A DNA stretch of 40,000 bases from Geothrix sp. (GTDB lineage Bacteria > Acidobacteriota > Holophagae > Holophagales > Holophagaceae). Under the pieces are notes generated by a model. That model ran no database searches. It was given only the letters and a program-made list of their open reading frames with translations, and was not told where the DNA came from. The position numbers were made by a program, and so were the translations under genes. The stretch lies in the NCBI RefSeq assembly GCF_030219325.1, contig NZ_CP126625.1, positions 692,857-732,856 on the forward strand. Reading direction: 5' to 3'. Positions within the stretch are counted from its first letter, which is position 1. Each line of letters starts with the position of its first letter. Shown here in pieces: positions 1 to 8,610 of the stretch.

Positions 1-360
1 CTGGACCACTACTTCCGCCAGTGCGCCCTCACCATGAGCTGCGCCGATCTGGCCAAGGCGGGGCTCTTCCTGGCCAACCACGGCCTGCGGGCCGACGGCT
101 CCCGCCTGCTCAGCCGCAGCGAGGCCAAGCGCATCAACTCGATCATGCTCACCTGCGGCACCTACGACGCCGCCGGCGACTTCGCCTACCGCGTGGGCCT
201 GCCGGGCAAGAGCGGCGTGGGCGGCGGCATCCTGGCCGTGCTGCCCGGGCGCGGCGTGCTCTGCGCGTGGAGCCCCGCCCTGGATGTCCACGGCAACAGC
301 GTGGCCGGCGTCGAGGCGCTGGATCGCTTCACCACGCGGACTGGTTGGTCGGTCTTCTGA
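1..360 (+). CDS. glsA: Glutaminase, C-terminal part (5' end outside window)
   Basis: Frame 1 is open from base 1. Translation LDHYFRQCAL...MLTCGTYDAAGDFAYRVGLPGKSGVGGGILAVLPG...WSPALDVHGNSVAG matches the conserved C-terminal half of glutaminase A. Confidence 0.85.
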   Translation: MDHYFRQCALTMSCADLAKAGLFLANHGLRADGSRLLSRSEAKRINSIMLTCGTYDAAGDFAYRVGLPGKSGVGGGILAVLPGRGVLCAWSPALDVHGNSVAGVEALDRFTTRTGWSVF

Positions 361-364
361 GGTC

Positions 365-796
365 CTAGAGGATCGTCAGCTTGGCCAGGGCGGCGCCCTG
401 CAGGTGGGTGGTGTGGCCGTGGCTCGTCCGGGTGGTGTGGATGTAGAGGGCGAAGATGTATTCGCCGGACAGCCAGACCGCGGCCGGGTTGCTGATGTAG
501 GGGACGATCCGGATGTCGTAGATGCCGCCGCTCTGGTTGAGGAACTCCGTCACCGTGACCAGGGCCCCGCCCGGGCGCACGTTGAAGCCGTCGACCAGGG
601 TCCACCCGGCGGGCAGGGTGGCCGCGCTGTTCTGGTCGCCCACGTTGGTGCCGAGGTCGTCTACCGGCACGCCGTTCTCGGTGACCAGGACGCTGATCAT
701 GGCCGAGGCCATCACGTTGGCGCCGGAACCGCCGGCCGTGGCGTTGCTCCGGTTGATCTGCATCTGGACGAGCAGCTCTTTCGTGGTCGTGGACAT
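365..796 (-). CDS. Hypothetical protein, 143 aa, no family recognised
   Basis: GC3-rich ORF convergent with glsA. GAGGTG lies 6 nt upstream of the ATG, preceded by an AT-rich island of about 90 bp (800-890). Confidence 0.5.
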   Translation of the reverse strand: MSTTTKELLVQMQINRSNATAGGSGANVMASAMISVLVTENGVPVDDLGTNVGDQNSAATLPAGWTLVDGFNVRPGGALVTVTEFLNQSGGIYDIRIVPYISNPAAVWLSGEYIFALYIHTTRTSHGHTTHLQGAALAKLTIL

Positions 797-939
797 GGGT
801 CACCTCGGAAGGATGGGTGTCCGAAGCATGATCCAATTTCGACAAAAAAAACAATATTTGCCTATATTTTACAATTTTATTCAAAACGCGGCATGCCCCC
901 GAGGGGCGTTCCGGGCGGCCTCCACCCTCTGCCTGCGCT

Positions 940-1311
940 TCAAGATGCAGGTTCCGGGGGCCGGGGCTCTGCGGCTGCCTGCGGTGCGCGCAGCAGCCAG
1001 GCGGCCCAGGCCGTGAACAGCGTCACTCCGCCGAAGATCAGGGCCAGGCGCGTCCAGGGCAGGCCCACGGCCAGCCGCTCGCCCACCCGCAGCCAGGCCA
1101 TGCCCAGCCAGGCCAGGCAGCCGCCCCAGAGCACGGCGCCGAGACTGGTCTGCAGCACGCGCTTCGAGATGAACAGCAGCACGAGCAGAACCATCGTCAG
1201 CGGCACCACCAGCAGGAAGGCCAGGCCCAGGCGCAGGGACAGGGCCCCCAGCATCACCAGGGCGATGAAGGCGGGCAGGCGGCGCAGCACGAACATGGCA
1301 TTCCTCGGCAA
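940..1311 (-). CDS. Small integral membrane protein (hypothetical)
   Basis: 123 aa with 3-4 clear hydrophobic helices (FIALVMLGALSLRLGLAFLLVVPLTMVLLVLLF...). Competing ORFs in other frames are Arg/Gly/Pro-rich artefacts. Start may be the internal Met (MFVLRR). Confidence 0.5.
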   Translation of the reverse strand: MPRNAMFVLRRLPAFIALVMLGALSLRLGLAFLLVVPLTMVLLVLLFISKRVLQTSLGAVLWGGCLAWLGMAWLRVGERLAVGLPWTRLALIFGGVTLFTAWAAWLLRAPQAAAEPRPPEPAS

Positions 1312-1344
1312 GGCTCCAAGGTAGCCGATCGCCGGGCGGTGGCG

Positions 1345-2280
1345 TCAGGGGGTCTCCGGAACCTGGAAGGACCAGGCCACGAAGCGGCTCTGCTTCTGGC
1401 CCTGGGCCATGGCCACGGTGCGGATGTCCCGGGCTCCGACCTGGCGCAGCAGGCGGTGCAGGTTGGGCAGGGTGGCCGAGCTGGACACCAGGGTGGTGAA
1501 CCAGCGCACCTGCCCACCCAGCGCCACGCTCTCGCCGATCATGCGGCGGATGAAGCCCGCCTCGCCGCCCTCGCACCACAGCTCCGCGCCCTGGCCGCCG
1601 AAGTTCCGCGCCGCGCCCGCCGCGCCACGGCCCAGCTTGCGCCACTTGGCCTGGGAGGCCTCGCGCACCGCGTGCGCGGAACCGTGGAAGGGCGGATTGC
1701 ACAACGTCAGGTCGAAGCGCTCCCCAGGCTGGACCACGCCCTCGAAGATCGCGTTCCGGTCCCGCTGGCGACGCAGCTCGATGGTCCGCTCCAGGCCCGG
1801 ATTCGCCGCCAGGATGCGCGCCGCCGAGGCCAGGGCCGTCTCGTCCAGCTCGGAGCCCACGAAGGACCAGCCGTACTCCCGGTGGCCGATGAGCGGGTAG
1901 ATGGCGTTGGCGCCGACGCCCACGTCCAGCGCACGCACGACCGCGCCCCGGGGGATCGCGCCGCCGCTCGTGCTGGCCAGCAGGTCCGCCAGGTGGTGCA
2001 GGTAGTCCGCCCGCCCGGGGATGGGCGGGCAGAGGTAGCCGGGCGGGATGTCCCAGCCCCGGATGCCGTAGGCCTCCGCCAGCAGGGCCCGGTTGAGCGC
2101 CACCACTGCCGCCGGATCCGCGAAGTCGATGGAGGCCCCGCCGTGCTTCGCCCGCTGCACGAAGGGCCCCAGCTCCGGACTGGCCGCCACCAGCCGCGCG
2201 AAGTCGTAGCCCCCCGCGTTCCGGTTGCGCGGGTGCAGGCCTGGCTTGGCGGGCGGCGGACCTCCGGCGGATGTCGTCAT
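1345..2280 (-). CDS. rlmF: 23S rRNA (adenine1618-N6)-methyltransferase RlmF-like
   Basis: Translation has LHPRNR...[20 protein letters not shown] (SAM pocket), CNPPFH and WFTTLVS, as in RlmF/YbiN. Start set at ATG 2280 (MTTSAGG); the longer ORF to 2370 runs into a repeat element. Confidence 0.8.
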   Translation of the reverse strand: MTTSAGGPPPAKPGLHPRNRNAGGYDFARLVAASPELGPFVQRAKHGGASIDFADPAAVVALNRALLAEAYGIRGWDIPPGYLCPPIPGRADYLHHLADLLASTSGGAIPRGAVVRALDVGVGANAIYPLIGHREYGWSFVGSELDETALASAARILAANPGLERTIELRRQRDRNAIFEGVVQPGERFDLTLCNPPFHGSAHAVREASQAKWRKLGRGAAGAARNFGGQGAELWCEGGEAGFIRRMIGESVALGGQVRWFTTLVSSSATLPNLHRLLRQVGARDIRTVAMAQGQKQSRFVAWSFQVPETP

Positions 2281-2356
2281 GTCCTCAGTGTCCGATGAAT
2301 GATGGCTGCGAGGCCAGGATGGAGAATGCCGAACAGAGGAACTGCGGAACTGCTTG

Positions 2357-2653
2357 ACACCGATGAACACCGATCACTGCTGATGAACACCGATAAAGCC
2401 AGCGCCTTGCTGATGCGTCCTTGGCTGGTCCGAGGTTGGAAACGAAGAGCACCTGCCCGGATGATGTTGGGGCGCTGGCCGCGCAGGCCCGCCGTAGGCG
2501 ACTTCCAGCTTTGCCGGAAGTGATCCAGGGGGCGCCTGGACCGCGTCCTTAGAAGCGCGCCTCAGGCGCTCCCTGGATGCAGCCCGTGCTGGGGGAATGG
2601 ACGCTCCCATCCTGATCGGTGTTCATCATGCTTTGATCGGTGTTCATCGGCGT
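2357..2653. repeat. MITE-like repeat element, copy 1 (about 297 bp)
   Basis: Terminal inverted repeats of about 42 bp: ACACCGATGAACACCGATCACTGCTGATGAACACCGATAAAG on the left and its imperfect reverse complement on the right. The internal core (CCGGAAGTGATCC..GGGCGCCTGGA.CGCGTCC..AAGCGCGCCTCAGGCGC) is shared with copy 2 at 27067-27362. Confidence 0.6.
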
Positions 2654-2678
2654 TCCAGCTTTTCTTCGACGGGCAGCC

Positions 2679-3227
2679 TCAGAGCCCTGCAAGGAGTTCC
2701 TCCGTGCTCTGCACCTGGGCGAAGGTGCCGTGCAGGGCGGCGAGGAAGGCGGCCTGCACCTGGGCGGCGGGTGTCGTGGCGCCGTTCCGCCCGAGGTCCC
2801 GGGTGGCGCAGGCATCCCCGGCCAGGTGGCAGGTGAAGCCCAGGTCGAAGGCCGCCCGCACCGTGGTGTCGATGCACATGTGGGTCATCATGCCCGCCAC
2901 CACCAGCTCCGTAGCGCCAAGGCCACGCAGGTGCTCCAGCAGGGGCGTCTCCCGGAAGCTGTTGGGGAAGTGCTTCTGGAACACCGGCTCGCCCGGGAGC
3001 GGCGCCACGCCCGGGTGGATCTCCGCGCCCGGCGTGCCCGGCAGGAAGAAGGTGGCGCCGGGCCGCAGGGCGAGGTGCTGGATGTGGATCACGGGCAGGC
3101 GCTGCGCCCGGAAGGCCGTCAGCAGCCCGCCGGCCTGGAGGCCCGCCTCGGGACTGCCCACCAGCGCCATGGCCCCGCCGGGGAAGTAGTCGTTCTGGAT
3201 GTCGATGAGCAGCAGGGCCCGGGTCAT
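2679..3227 (-). CDS. Isochorismatase-family cysteine hydrolase
   Basis: MTRALLLIDIQNDYFPGG..., VIHIQH, FQKHFPNSF, ELVVAGMMTHMCIDTTVRAA: typical isochorismatase/YcaC-like motifs including the catalytic Cys context. Confidence 0.8.
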   Translation of the reverse strand: MTRALLLIDIQNDYFPGGAMALVGSPEAGLQAGGLLTAFRAQRLPVIHIQHLALRPGATFFLPGTPGAEIHPGVAPLPGEPVFQKHFPNSFRETPLLEHLRGLGATELVVAGMMTHMCIDTTVRAAFDLGFTCHLAGDACATRDLGRNGATTPAAQVQAAFLAALHGTFAQVQSTEELLAGL

Positions 3228-3257
3228 GGGTGGCTCCTTTGCGAAATCATTGGCGAG

Positions 3258-3848
3258 TCAAGCCTGCCCGCTGGCCTCGCCCTGGTGGCGCTCCAGGTCC
3301 CGGGCCCGCCGCGTGGCGAGGAGCCAGAAGCCGCCGGCGGCCAGGACCGTCAGGCAGGCCACCGTGGTGGCCAGGTTGCGGCCCTGCCAGCGGTCGTTCC
3401 ACCAGCCCATGAACTCCGTGGCCAGCACGTTCACCTTGCCGCCGTAGAGCTCCAGGTCGCGCAGGTACTTCTTCGTGTTCATGGGCTCGTAGCCCAGGGG
3501 GTTCGTAGCCTGGGGCGCGGTGGCCAGATAGATGGCCAGGGCCGCGCCCAGACCCGCCGCCAGCAGCAGGGCCGTGAGCTGGCGGATGCGGGCCAGGCGG
3601 GCGGGGAGGCTGTCGCCGAGCCGCGCCACGAAGCCGTGGTGCAGGTGTGCCTGCACCGCGGCGTCCCGCTGCGCGAGGCCCTGGCGGATGCGCGTTCGCT
3701 CCTCCTCCGCGAGGGTCAGGCCGCGCTGCTCCAGCTCCGCCAGGGCGGCCTCCACGGCCTCGGTGCGATACCCCTCGAAGTGCGCGAGAACCTGCCGCAG
3801 CTCGACCTCGGAGAGGGTGGGGATCCGGGCCTGGAACGTGTCCGTCAT
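3258..3848 (-). CDS. Hypothetical membrane protein (196 aa)
   Basis: Helical N-terminal domain followed by two hydrophobic helices (LTALLLAAGLGAALAIYLA; VACLTVLAAGGFWLLA). Codon usage matches the flanks. Confidence 0.5.
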   Translation of the reverse strand: MTDTFQARIPTLSEVELRQVLAHFEGYRTEAVEAALAELEQRGLTLAEEERTRIRQGLAQRDAAVQAHLHHGFVARLGDSLPARLARIRQLTALLLAAGLGAALAIYLATAPQATNPLGYEPMNTKKYLRDLELYGGKVNVLATEFMGWWNDRWQGRNLATTVACLTVLAAGGFWLLATRRARDLERHQGEASGQA

Positions 3849-4093
3849 GCGGGGCTCAGCCTTCGCCCAGCAGGGCCGCCAGCCGGTCGGTGAAGGCGTC
3901 GTCCTGGGGTGCGGCTGGACTCATGGCTGCGTCTCCTGGGTGGAAGGGTACCCGCTCCGGCGCCGGTCTGCGCCAGATCAGGCGACGGCGCGGCGCCTGT
4001 GACCGGGCTCCGCAAGGAGGTCGGGAAAGGTGCCAAATGGGTATTCTATTTCGAATCCGCCGCTCGGCACCCCCCGCTCACCGAGGCCATCCC

Positions 4094-4789
4094 ATGCCAC
4101 GCCCCCTCCTGCGTCCCCTTCTGTCCGGCCTGCTCCTGGCGGTGCTGGGCTGCACCCCGCATGGGGACTGCGGCTGCACGCCGCCGCCCTCCGGCACCGC
4201 GCAGGGCCGCCTGGTGGACGCGCAGGGCCAGCCCGTGGCGGGGGCCGAAGTGTGCGTGGTCACCATGACCGGCAGCGACCCCGTCCACCAGGGCCTCTAT
4301 GTCGAGGCGAAGGGCAGCTCCCGCGCCGACGGCACCTTCGACCTTCCGGCCGTCGTGGGCCGCCACCGGATCCTGGTCCGCGCCCGGGTGGGCGGCACCG
4401 TCTTCCTGCCCCGCCTGGGTCCCGAGTTCGAGCTGAAGGCTGCGGGCACCCTGGTGGCGGGCCCGGATCTGGACCTCACGGCCGCAGTGCCCGCCACCCT
4501 GACCGTGGCCATCACCCCCGTTCATGGCGCCCAGCAGGAGGACGCCCTGCTGCTGGAACAGCGCCTGCAGGCGGACGGGATCGAGTTCACGCTGCCCATC
4601 GCCAGCCTCAAGCCGGCCATCGTCGCGGGCATCGAGTCCGTGGTTTTTGCCAGCCAGCCGCCGGGCACCTACGCCCTGTCCCTCTGGCGCAGCGAGACCA
4701 CCGGCACCCACGCCAACGTGGGCTCGGCCAAGGCCACCCTCACCCTGGCGGAAGGCGCTGCCCTGGACCTGCCCCTGCCGGTGCAGTGA
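4094..4789 (+). CDS. Lipoprotein with carboxypeptidase-regulatory-like beta-sandwich domain
   Basis: Start ATG 4094 with GAGG 8 nt upstream. Signal peptide plus lipobox (LLLAVLGC). GRLVDAQGQPVAGAEVCVV is typical of the CarboxypepD_reg fold. The ORF-track upstream extension (from 3647) is Arg/Pro-rich and rejected. Confidence 0.6.
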   Translation: MPRPLLRPLLSGLLLAVLGCTPHGDCGCTPPPSGTAQGRLVDAQGQPVAGAEVCVVTMTGSDPVHQGLYVEAKGSSRADGTFDLPAVVGRHRILVRARVGGTVFLPRLGPEFELKAAGTLVAGPDLDLTAAVPATLTVAITPVHGAQQEDALLLEQRLQADGIEFTLPIASLKPAIVAGIESVVFASQPPGTYALSLWRSETTGTHANVGSAKATLTLAEGAALDLPLPVQ

Positions 4790-4800
4790 CAGGCCAGACC

Positions 4801-5241
4801 CTAGTGCATGGGGATCTTCCCCGGCTCCCGGCGCAGGGGGACGATGGGTGCCGGAGCTTCTTCGTAGGTGGGCGCACCCGCCAGGCTCAGGCGGGGGCCC
4901 CGCAGCTCCGGCAGCGGGCCCGCGCCCAGCAGCCAGGCATTCGCCCGGATCGTCAGGCGCGGGTACACGGCCGGCGGATAGGCCTGCTTGCGCAGCTCCA
5001 CCCGGTACTCGCCCGGCGGCAGGCCCCCGGCCTGGCACTGGCCCTGGGCGTTGGTGGTCGCCGCCCAGGTCCGGCCGTCCGGTCCCTTCAGCAGGATCCG
5101 CACGCCCGGCACCGGTGCGCCGCGCTGGTCGCGCACGTCGGCCCTCAGCCCGCCCTCGGTGCTGGAGATCACCGGCCGGACGGGCAGGGGCGCCGGCGCG
5201 GACTGGAGCAGGAGGCAGAAGGACAGAAGGGCAGCGGGCAT
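4801..5241 (-). CDS. Secreted carboxypeptidase-regulatory-like domain protein
   Basis: N-terminal signal peptide. VRDQRGAPVPGVRILLKGPDGRTWAATTNAQGQCQAGGLPPGEYRVEL is a CarboxypepD_reg-type motif. GGTGA RBS is present. Confidence 0.6.
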   Translation of the reverse strand: MPAALLSFCLLLQSAPAPLPVRPVISSTEGGLRADVRDQRGAPVPGVRILLKGPDGRTWAATTNAQGQCQAGGLPPGEYRVELRKQAYPPAVYPRLTIRANAWLLGAGPLPELRGPRLSLAGAPTYEEAPAPIVPLRREPGKIPMH

Positions 5242-5298
5242 GGATCACCTGACTCTGAGAGTCCGCGAAGCCAGCGGGTGTGACGGGACGACTCCAGA

Positions 5299-5514
5299 TC
5301 AGCGGCCGGTGAAGGCGGATCGCAGCGCCCGGCCCACCCAGGCCAGGATCGCCCCCAGGCCCCTCCGGCGCCGCTCCTCGCGCCGCCGCTCGACGGGGTG
5401 CGGCAGGTCCTGCTGGCGGCGCTCCGCCTTCCGCTGCTCCTCCCGGTGGATGAAGTACAACAGGCAGGCGAAGAAGGCGACCACCACCAGCAGGAGACCG
5501 TCGTTGATGCTCAT
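5299..5514 (-). CDS. Small membrane protein (71 aa), Arg/Glu-rich tail
   Basis: MSINDGLLLVVVAFFACLLYFIH then a charged tail. Its ATG overlaps the TGA of the upstream DinB gene (ATGA), suggesting translational coupling. Confidence 0.4.
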   Translation of the reverse strand: MSINDGLLLVVVAFFACLLYFIHREEQRKAERRQQDLPHPVERRREERRRRGLGAILAWVGRALRSAFTGR

Positions 5515-6149
5515 GCGGGCCTCCGTTCCTTGATCTGCCGGGCGTGGATCTCCAGGTGCAGCCGGTCCATGCGCAGCGCCTGGGACAGGGTGATGGGGCC
5601 GCAGACCGGATGCGAGAAGACGGCCCGCCCGGCCCCGCCCGGCGGCAGGCCCTCGGCGTAGGCGCGCAGCCACCGGTGCGTCGCGTCCCAGCGGTCGCGC
5701 AGTTCGGCCAGGGGCACCGTCCCCGTGGGCAGCATGCGCCGCGAGGGCACCTTCACCGGGATGCCGAGGCGCAGGACGAGCAGCACCAGGGGGTAGGTGC
5801 AGCGCTGCCGCAGGCTGCGGGGGCGGTCCACCAGGGCGGCCGGATCCGGCAGTCCCTGCAGGATCACCTGCTCCGCCACCACGAGATGCTCGACGATCTC
5901 CAGGATGGACCAGGCGCCGGGCGCGGGCCGGGCCTGCAGGGTCCCGGGGTCGAGGGTCTCCAGCGAAGCCAGCAGGGCCCGGCGCCGGTCGTCCAGCGCC
6001 TGGAGGAGGGCCGGGGCGTCGCCCTTCACAGGCCGCGCACCGCGGCGACGAGCTGGTCCAGGGTCGCCTCGGGCAGGGCGCTGGCGGGGGTCATGGGCGC
6101 TCCTCATGGTTGTGCGGACAGGCTTGGGGGACCTCCACCCTACCAGCAC
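5511..6149 (-). CDS. DinB-family (DinB_2) protein; start uncertain
   Basis: WSILEIVEHLVVAEQ...HRWLRAY...FSHPVCGPITLSQALRMDRLHLEIHARQI resembles the DinB four-helix-bundle family. Possible starts are 6149, 6107 or GTG 6029. Confidence 0.65.
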   Translation of the reverse strand: MLVGWRSPKPVRTTMRSAHDPRQRPARGDPGPARRRGARPVKGDAPALLQALDDRRRALLASLETLDPGTLQARPAPGAWSILEIVEHLVVAEQVILQGLPDPAALVDRPRSLRQRCTYPLVLLVLRLGIPVKVPSRRMLPTGTVPLAELRDRWDATHRWLRAYAEGLPPGGAGRAVFSHPVCGPITLSQALRMDRLHLEIHARQIKERRPA

Positions 6150-6176
6150 TGGGCCAGGACGGCCGTGGCGCGGGGC

Positions 6177-6635
6177 TCAGCGCCGGGAACTGGCGACCCG
6201 GGCCTCGCAGAGCGTCTTGAGCAGGGACAGCGCCCTGGGCCAGACCCCGGTCATGTACTCCTCGAAGGTCTCGGCCATGTCCATGTCCACCGTCAGCTCC
6301 GTGGCCGGGCCGGCCTCGGTGAAGGTGTAGTTCTCGAAGCAGGGGGTCCAGCTGCGGACGGCCTCGCTCTCCGTGTCCTCCACCCCCTCCTTGATCTCGC
6401 CCAGGTGCCGGATCGAGAGGAACTCATGGGGCCGCGATTCGGCGATCTCCGAGACCATGCCGTTGCCGCCGGGCGCCAGGAAGCGCATGCGCTGGCCCTT
6501 GGCCCAGGTGCCTTCGAAGTACGACCCTTCCATGAAGGCGGCGGTCCAGATGCGGTAGGTGACCGGTCCGAGCATCGTCTCCCAGACCTGGTCGCGGGGA
6601 GCCTGGATGAGCGTGGTGAACTGCAGCCTCTTCAT
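6177..6635 (-). CDS. SRPBCC (Aha1/START-like) domain protein
   Basis: MKRLQFTTLIQAPRDQVWETMLGPVTYRIWT... has the typical AHSA1/SRPBCC N-terminal signature. Start ATG 6635. Confidence 0.7.
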   Translation of the reverse strand: MKRLQFTTLIQAPRDQVWETMLGPVTYRIWTAAFMEGSYFEGTWAKGQRMRFLAPGGNGMVSEIAESRPHEFLSIRHLGEIKEGVEDTESEAVRSWTPCFENYTFTEAGPATELTVDMDMAETFEEYMTGVWPRALSLLKTLCEARVASSRR

Positions 6636-6716
6636 GGGTTCTCCTGGCGCGGGTCGATGCCCCACAGTGACAGAAGGGCGGCCTGGAAGGGCAGCCGGAT
6701 GCAGGGCCGCGCCGCC

Positions 6717-7133
6717 CTAGCAATGGCCGCGGGCCTTGGCCTGGGCGGCCTCGGCCACGAGCTGCTCGAGGACCTCCAGATCGATCTCGCGGAGGTTCCG
6801 CAGGTACAGGCAGCCCTTGCCAGCCTTGTGCCGCCCGAGCTTCGGCATCAGGGTTTCATGGCTGGGCGCGGCGTTCAGGCCGTACACGCTGATGTCCCCC
6901 TTCCGGGACGAGAAGCCCACCAGGCACATGTCCCCCTCGCGGCCGCTCTCGTACCGGTAGTGGTGGCTGCCGAAGCCCACGATGGCCGTGCCCCACATCC
7001 GGGCGGGCTGCCCGGTCGCCCGGGCCATCAGCCCGGCGAGGGTCTCACAATCCTGGCGCCGGTCCTCGTCCGCAATGGCCTCGAGGTAGTGCTCGACGCT
7101 GGCTTCCGTGGGCCTGGTCTTATTTTCCGCCAT
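6717..7133 (-). CDS. DUF1801 (YdhG-like) domain protein
   Basis: VEHYLEAI...RRQDCETL..LM...GQPARMWGTAIVGFGSHHYRYESGREGD...FSSRKGDISVY fits the DUF1801 pattern. Confidence 0.7.
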   Translation of the reverse strand: MAENKTRPTEASVEHYLEAIADEDRRQDCETLAGLMARATGQPARMWGTAIVGFGSHHYRYESGREGDMCLVGFSSRKGDISVYGLNAAPSHETLMPKLGRHKAGKGCLYLRNLREIDLEVLEQLVAEAAQAKARGHC

Positions 7134-7174
7134 GGCTGAACCCTTTCAGAAGGGGACGGGGCCGGACCGGTGGG

Positions 7175-7945
7175 TCAGGGCCTGGGGGTTGGCATGGTGC
7201 CCTGCTGCGCAGCGGCCAGCGTCTCCCGGAACGCCGGGGTATCCAGATGGGAGAGGGCCCGGTCCACGATCTCCCGGGCCTCGTCGCCGCGCTTGTTGGC
7301 GATGAGCAGGGCGACCAGGGTTGCAACCTCATTCGTATAGGTGGACATGGCGAATTCGCGATGGCGGGGGCCGAACTGCGGATCCTTGGCCATCTCCAGA
7401 TTGACTTTGAGGAGGTAGGTCGCCCGCTCCAGGTCCATGAAGGGTTTCAGGTAGGGATTGCAGCTGGTGTAGTGGCGGCCTTCGATGAGCGCGGGCTGGG
7501 CGATCAGGTAGACCTCTTTCGCAAGCTTCGGATTCTGCTTCTCGATGGCAAGGAAGAGCGCGGCCGTGTCCTTCGAGTCGCCCAGGTACTGGTTGATGGA
7601 CGACACGTCATGGAACAGCTGGTGATCGCCCGTCCCGGCGAGCAGACGGGAGGTGTCCCGGTCCCTGATCGTCTTGAGGGCGTCGAGCGCCCTGGGGTAG
7701 GCCCTGCCGAGCTCGATCCACTCGGACAGCGCGTAGGAAAGGCGGACGCCATACATGGCCCGGTCATGCTTCAGCGCGTTCTCGTGGAACCAGAGGTGCT
7801 TCTGGAGGGCGACCTCGTAATTCCCGGCTTTGAAGTCGCTGCGGATCTCATTGAAAATCCGGTCCACGTCCGGCTCGCGCGGGGGAGTCCAGCCCTCCTG
7901 GGCCCAGGACACGACCGCGATCGGGATCAGGAGCGAGGGGAGCAT
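7175..7945 (-). CDS. Hypothetical secreted helical-repeat protein (256 aa)
   Basis: Start ATG 7945 preceded by GGAGG. N-terminal signal-like MLPSLLIPIAVVSWAQE. The ORF-track extension to 8356 overlaps the next gene and is Arg/Pro-rich. Confidence 0.6.
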   Translation of the reverse strand: MLPSLLIPIAVVSWAQEGWTPPREPDVDRIFNEIRSDFKAGNYEVALQKHLWFHENALKHDRAMYGVRLSYALSEWIELGRAYPRALDALKTIRDRDTSRLLAGTGDHQLFHDVSSINQYLGDSKDTAALFLAIEKQNPKLAKEVYLIAQPALIEGRHYTSCNPYLKPFMDLERATYLLKVNLEMAKDPQFGPRHREFAMSTYTNEVATLVALLIANKRGDEAREIVDRALSHLDTPAFRETLAAAQQGTMPTPRP

Positions 7946-7970
7946 GGATCCTCCGGTGTTGTGCGGATGC

Positions 7971-8408
7971 TCAGGCGCCGAGGTACGGACCGGGGCCGAC
8001 CTCAAGGGCCAGCCGATCCAGGTTCTGCTCATTGGCCGTCTCGAGGAACTGGCGCATGTTCTCGGCAAATTCGCGGTTTTCAAAGACTCCGATCCAGGAC
8101 ACGAGGGTTCCGGCCGCACTGGGTTCCAGCGCAATGGAAAGCTCAAAGTGCGGCAGGTTGACGTGTCGGATCCGAACCATCGAATGGGGGACGATCTCCA
8201 GGAACTCGGACTGGTTCGGATAGTCGGTCCCGTCCGGCCCATGCATGGTGAACAGCCAGGATCCGCCCTCCCGGAACTCGAAGGTCTGGAACGTGTTCGT
8301 GAACCCCGCCGGACCCCACCAGCGGGCCAGACGCGCCGGATCCTGGATGGCGGCAAACACGGCTTCAGGGGCGGCTGGAAGGTCCCGGGAGTGGCGGAAG
8401 AGGGACAT
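7971..8408 (-). CDS. SRPBCC (Aha1-like) domain protein
   Basis: MSLFRHSRDLPAAPEAVFAAIQDPARLARWWGPAGFTNTF.FEFREGGSWLFTMHGPDGTDYPN matches the Aha1/SRPBCC family signature. Confidence 0.75.
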   Translation of the reverse strand: MSLFRHSRDLPAAPEAVFAAIQDPARLARWWGPAGFTNTFQTFEFREGGSWLFTMHGPDGTDYPNQSEFLEIVPHSMVRIRHVNLPHFELSIALEPSAAGTLVSWIGVFENREFAENMRQFLETANEQNLDRLALEVGPGPYLGA

Positions 8409-8448
8409 GGAAGCCTCCGTGGGTGGGTTCTCGGGCTTGGAGGGCGGG

Positions 8449-8506
8449 GCCTAGCGGAGAAGGCCGACCGGCCCCGTCTACGCCGGGGCGCTGGGCCATG
8501 TTAGTC
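8449..8506 (-). repeat. Internally deleted attC remnant (putative distal end of array)
   Basis: GCCTAGCGGAGAAGGCCGACCGGCCCCGTCTACGCCGGGGCGCTGGGCCATGTTAGTC. The first 47 nt or so align with the 5' arm of the array attC (compare 16711-16760), then jump directly to a GTTAGTC core. Confidence 0.4.
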
Positions 8507-8610
8507 CGGGGCAAGTCTGAAGCCAATCCAGGCCATCGGGAAATAGGCGAGGACAAGATCGACGGCCATGAACCAGGCGGGCGCTGGGATGGCTCCGACC
8601 GGGGTCGACG

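Noticed and set aside
5980-6149. Possible frameshift or upstream mini-ORF at the DinB gene start (MTPASALPEATLDQLVAAVRGL in another frame from ATG 6093)
   Set aside because: The mini-ORF ends at a TGA overlapping a GTG that could itself start the DinB frame. A frameshift cannot be told from a simple alternative start without homologue alignment.
7946-8356. N-terminal extension of ORF 7175-8356 overlapping the SRPBCC gene
   Set aside because: The extension is Arg/Pro/Ser-rich and overlaps a well-supported gene in another frame. An internal ATG at 7945 has a GGAGG RBS and a signal-peptide-like start.
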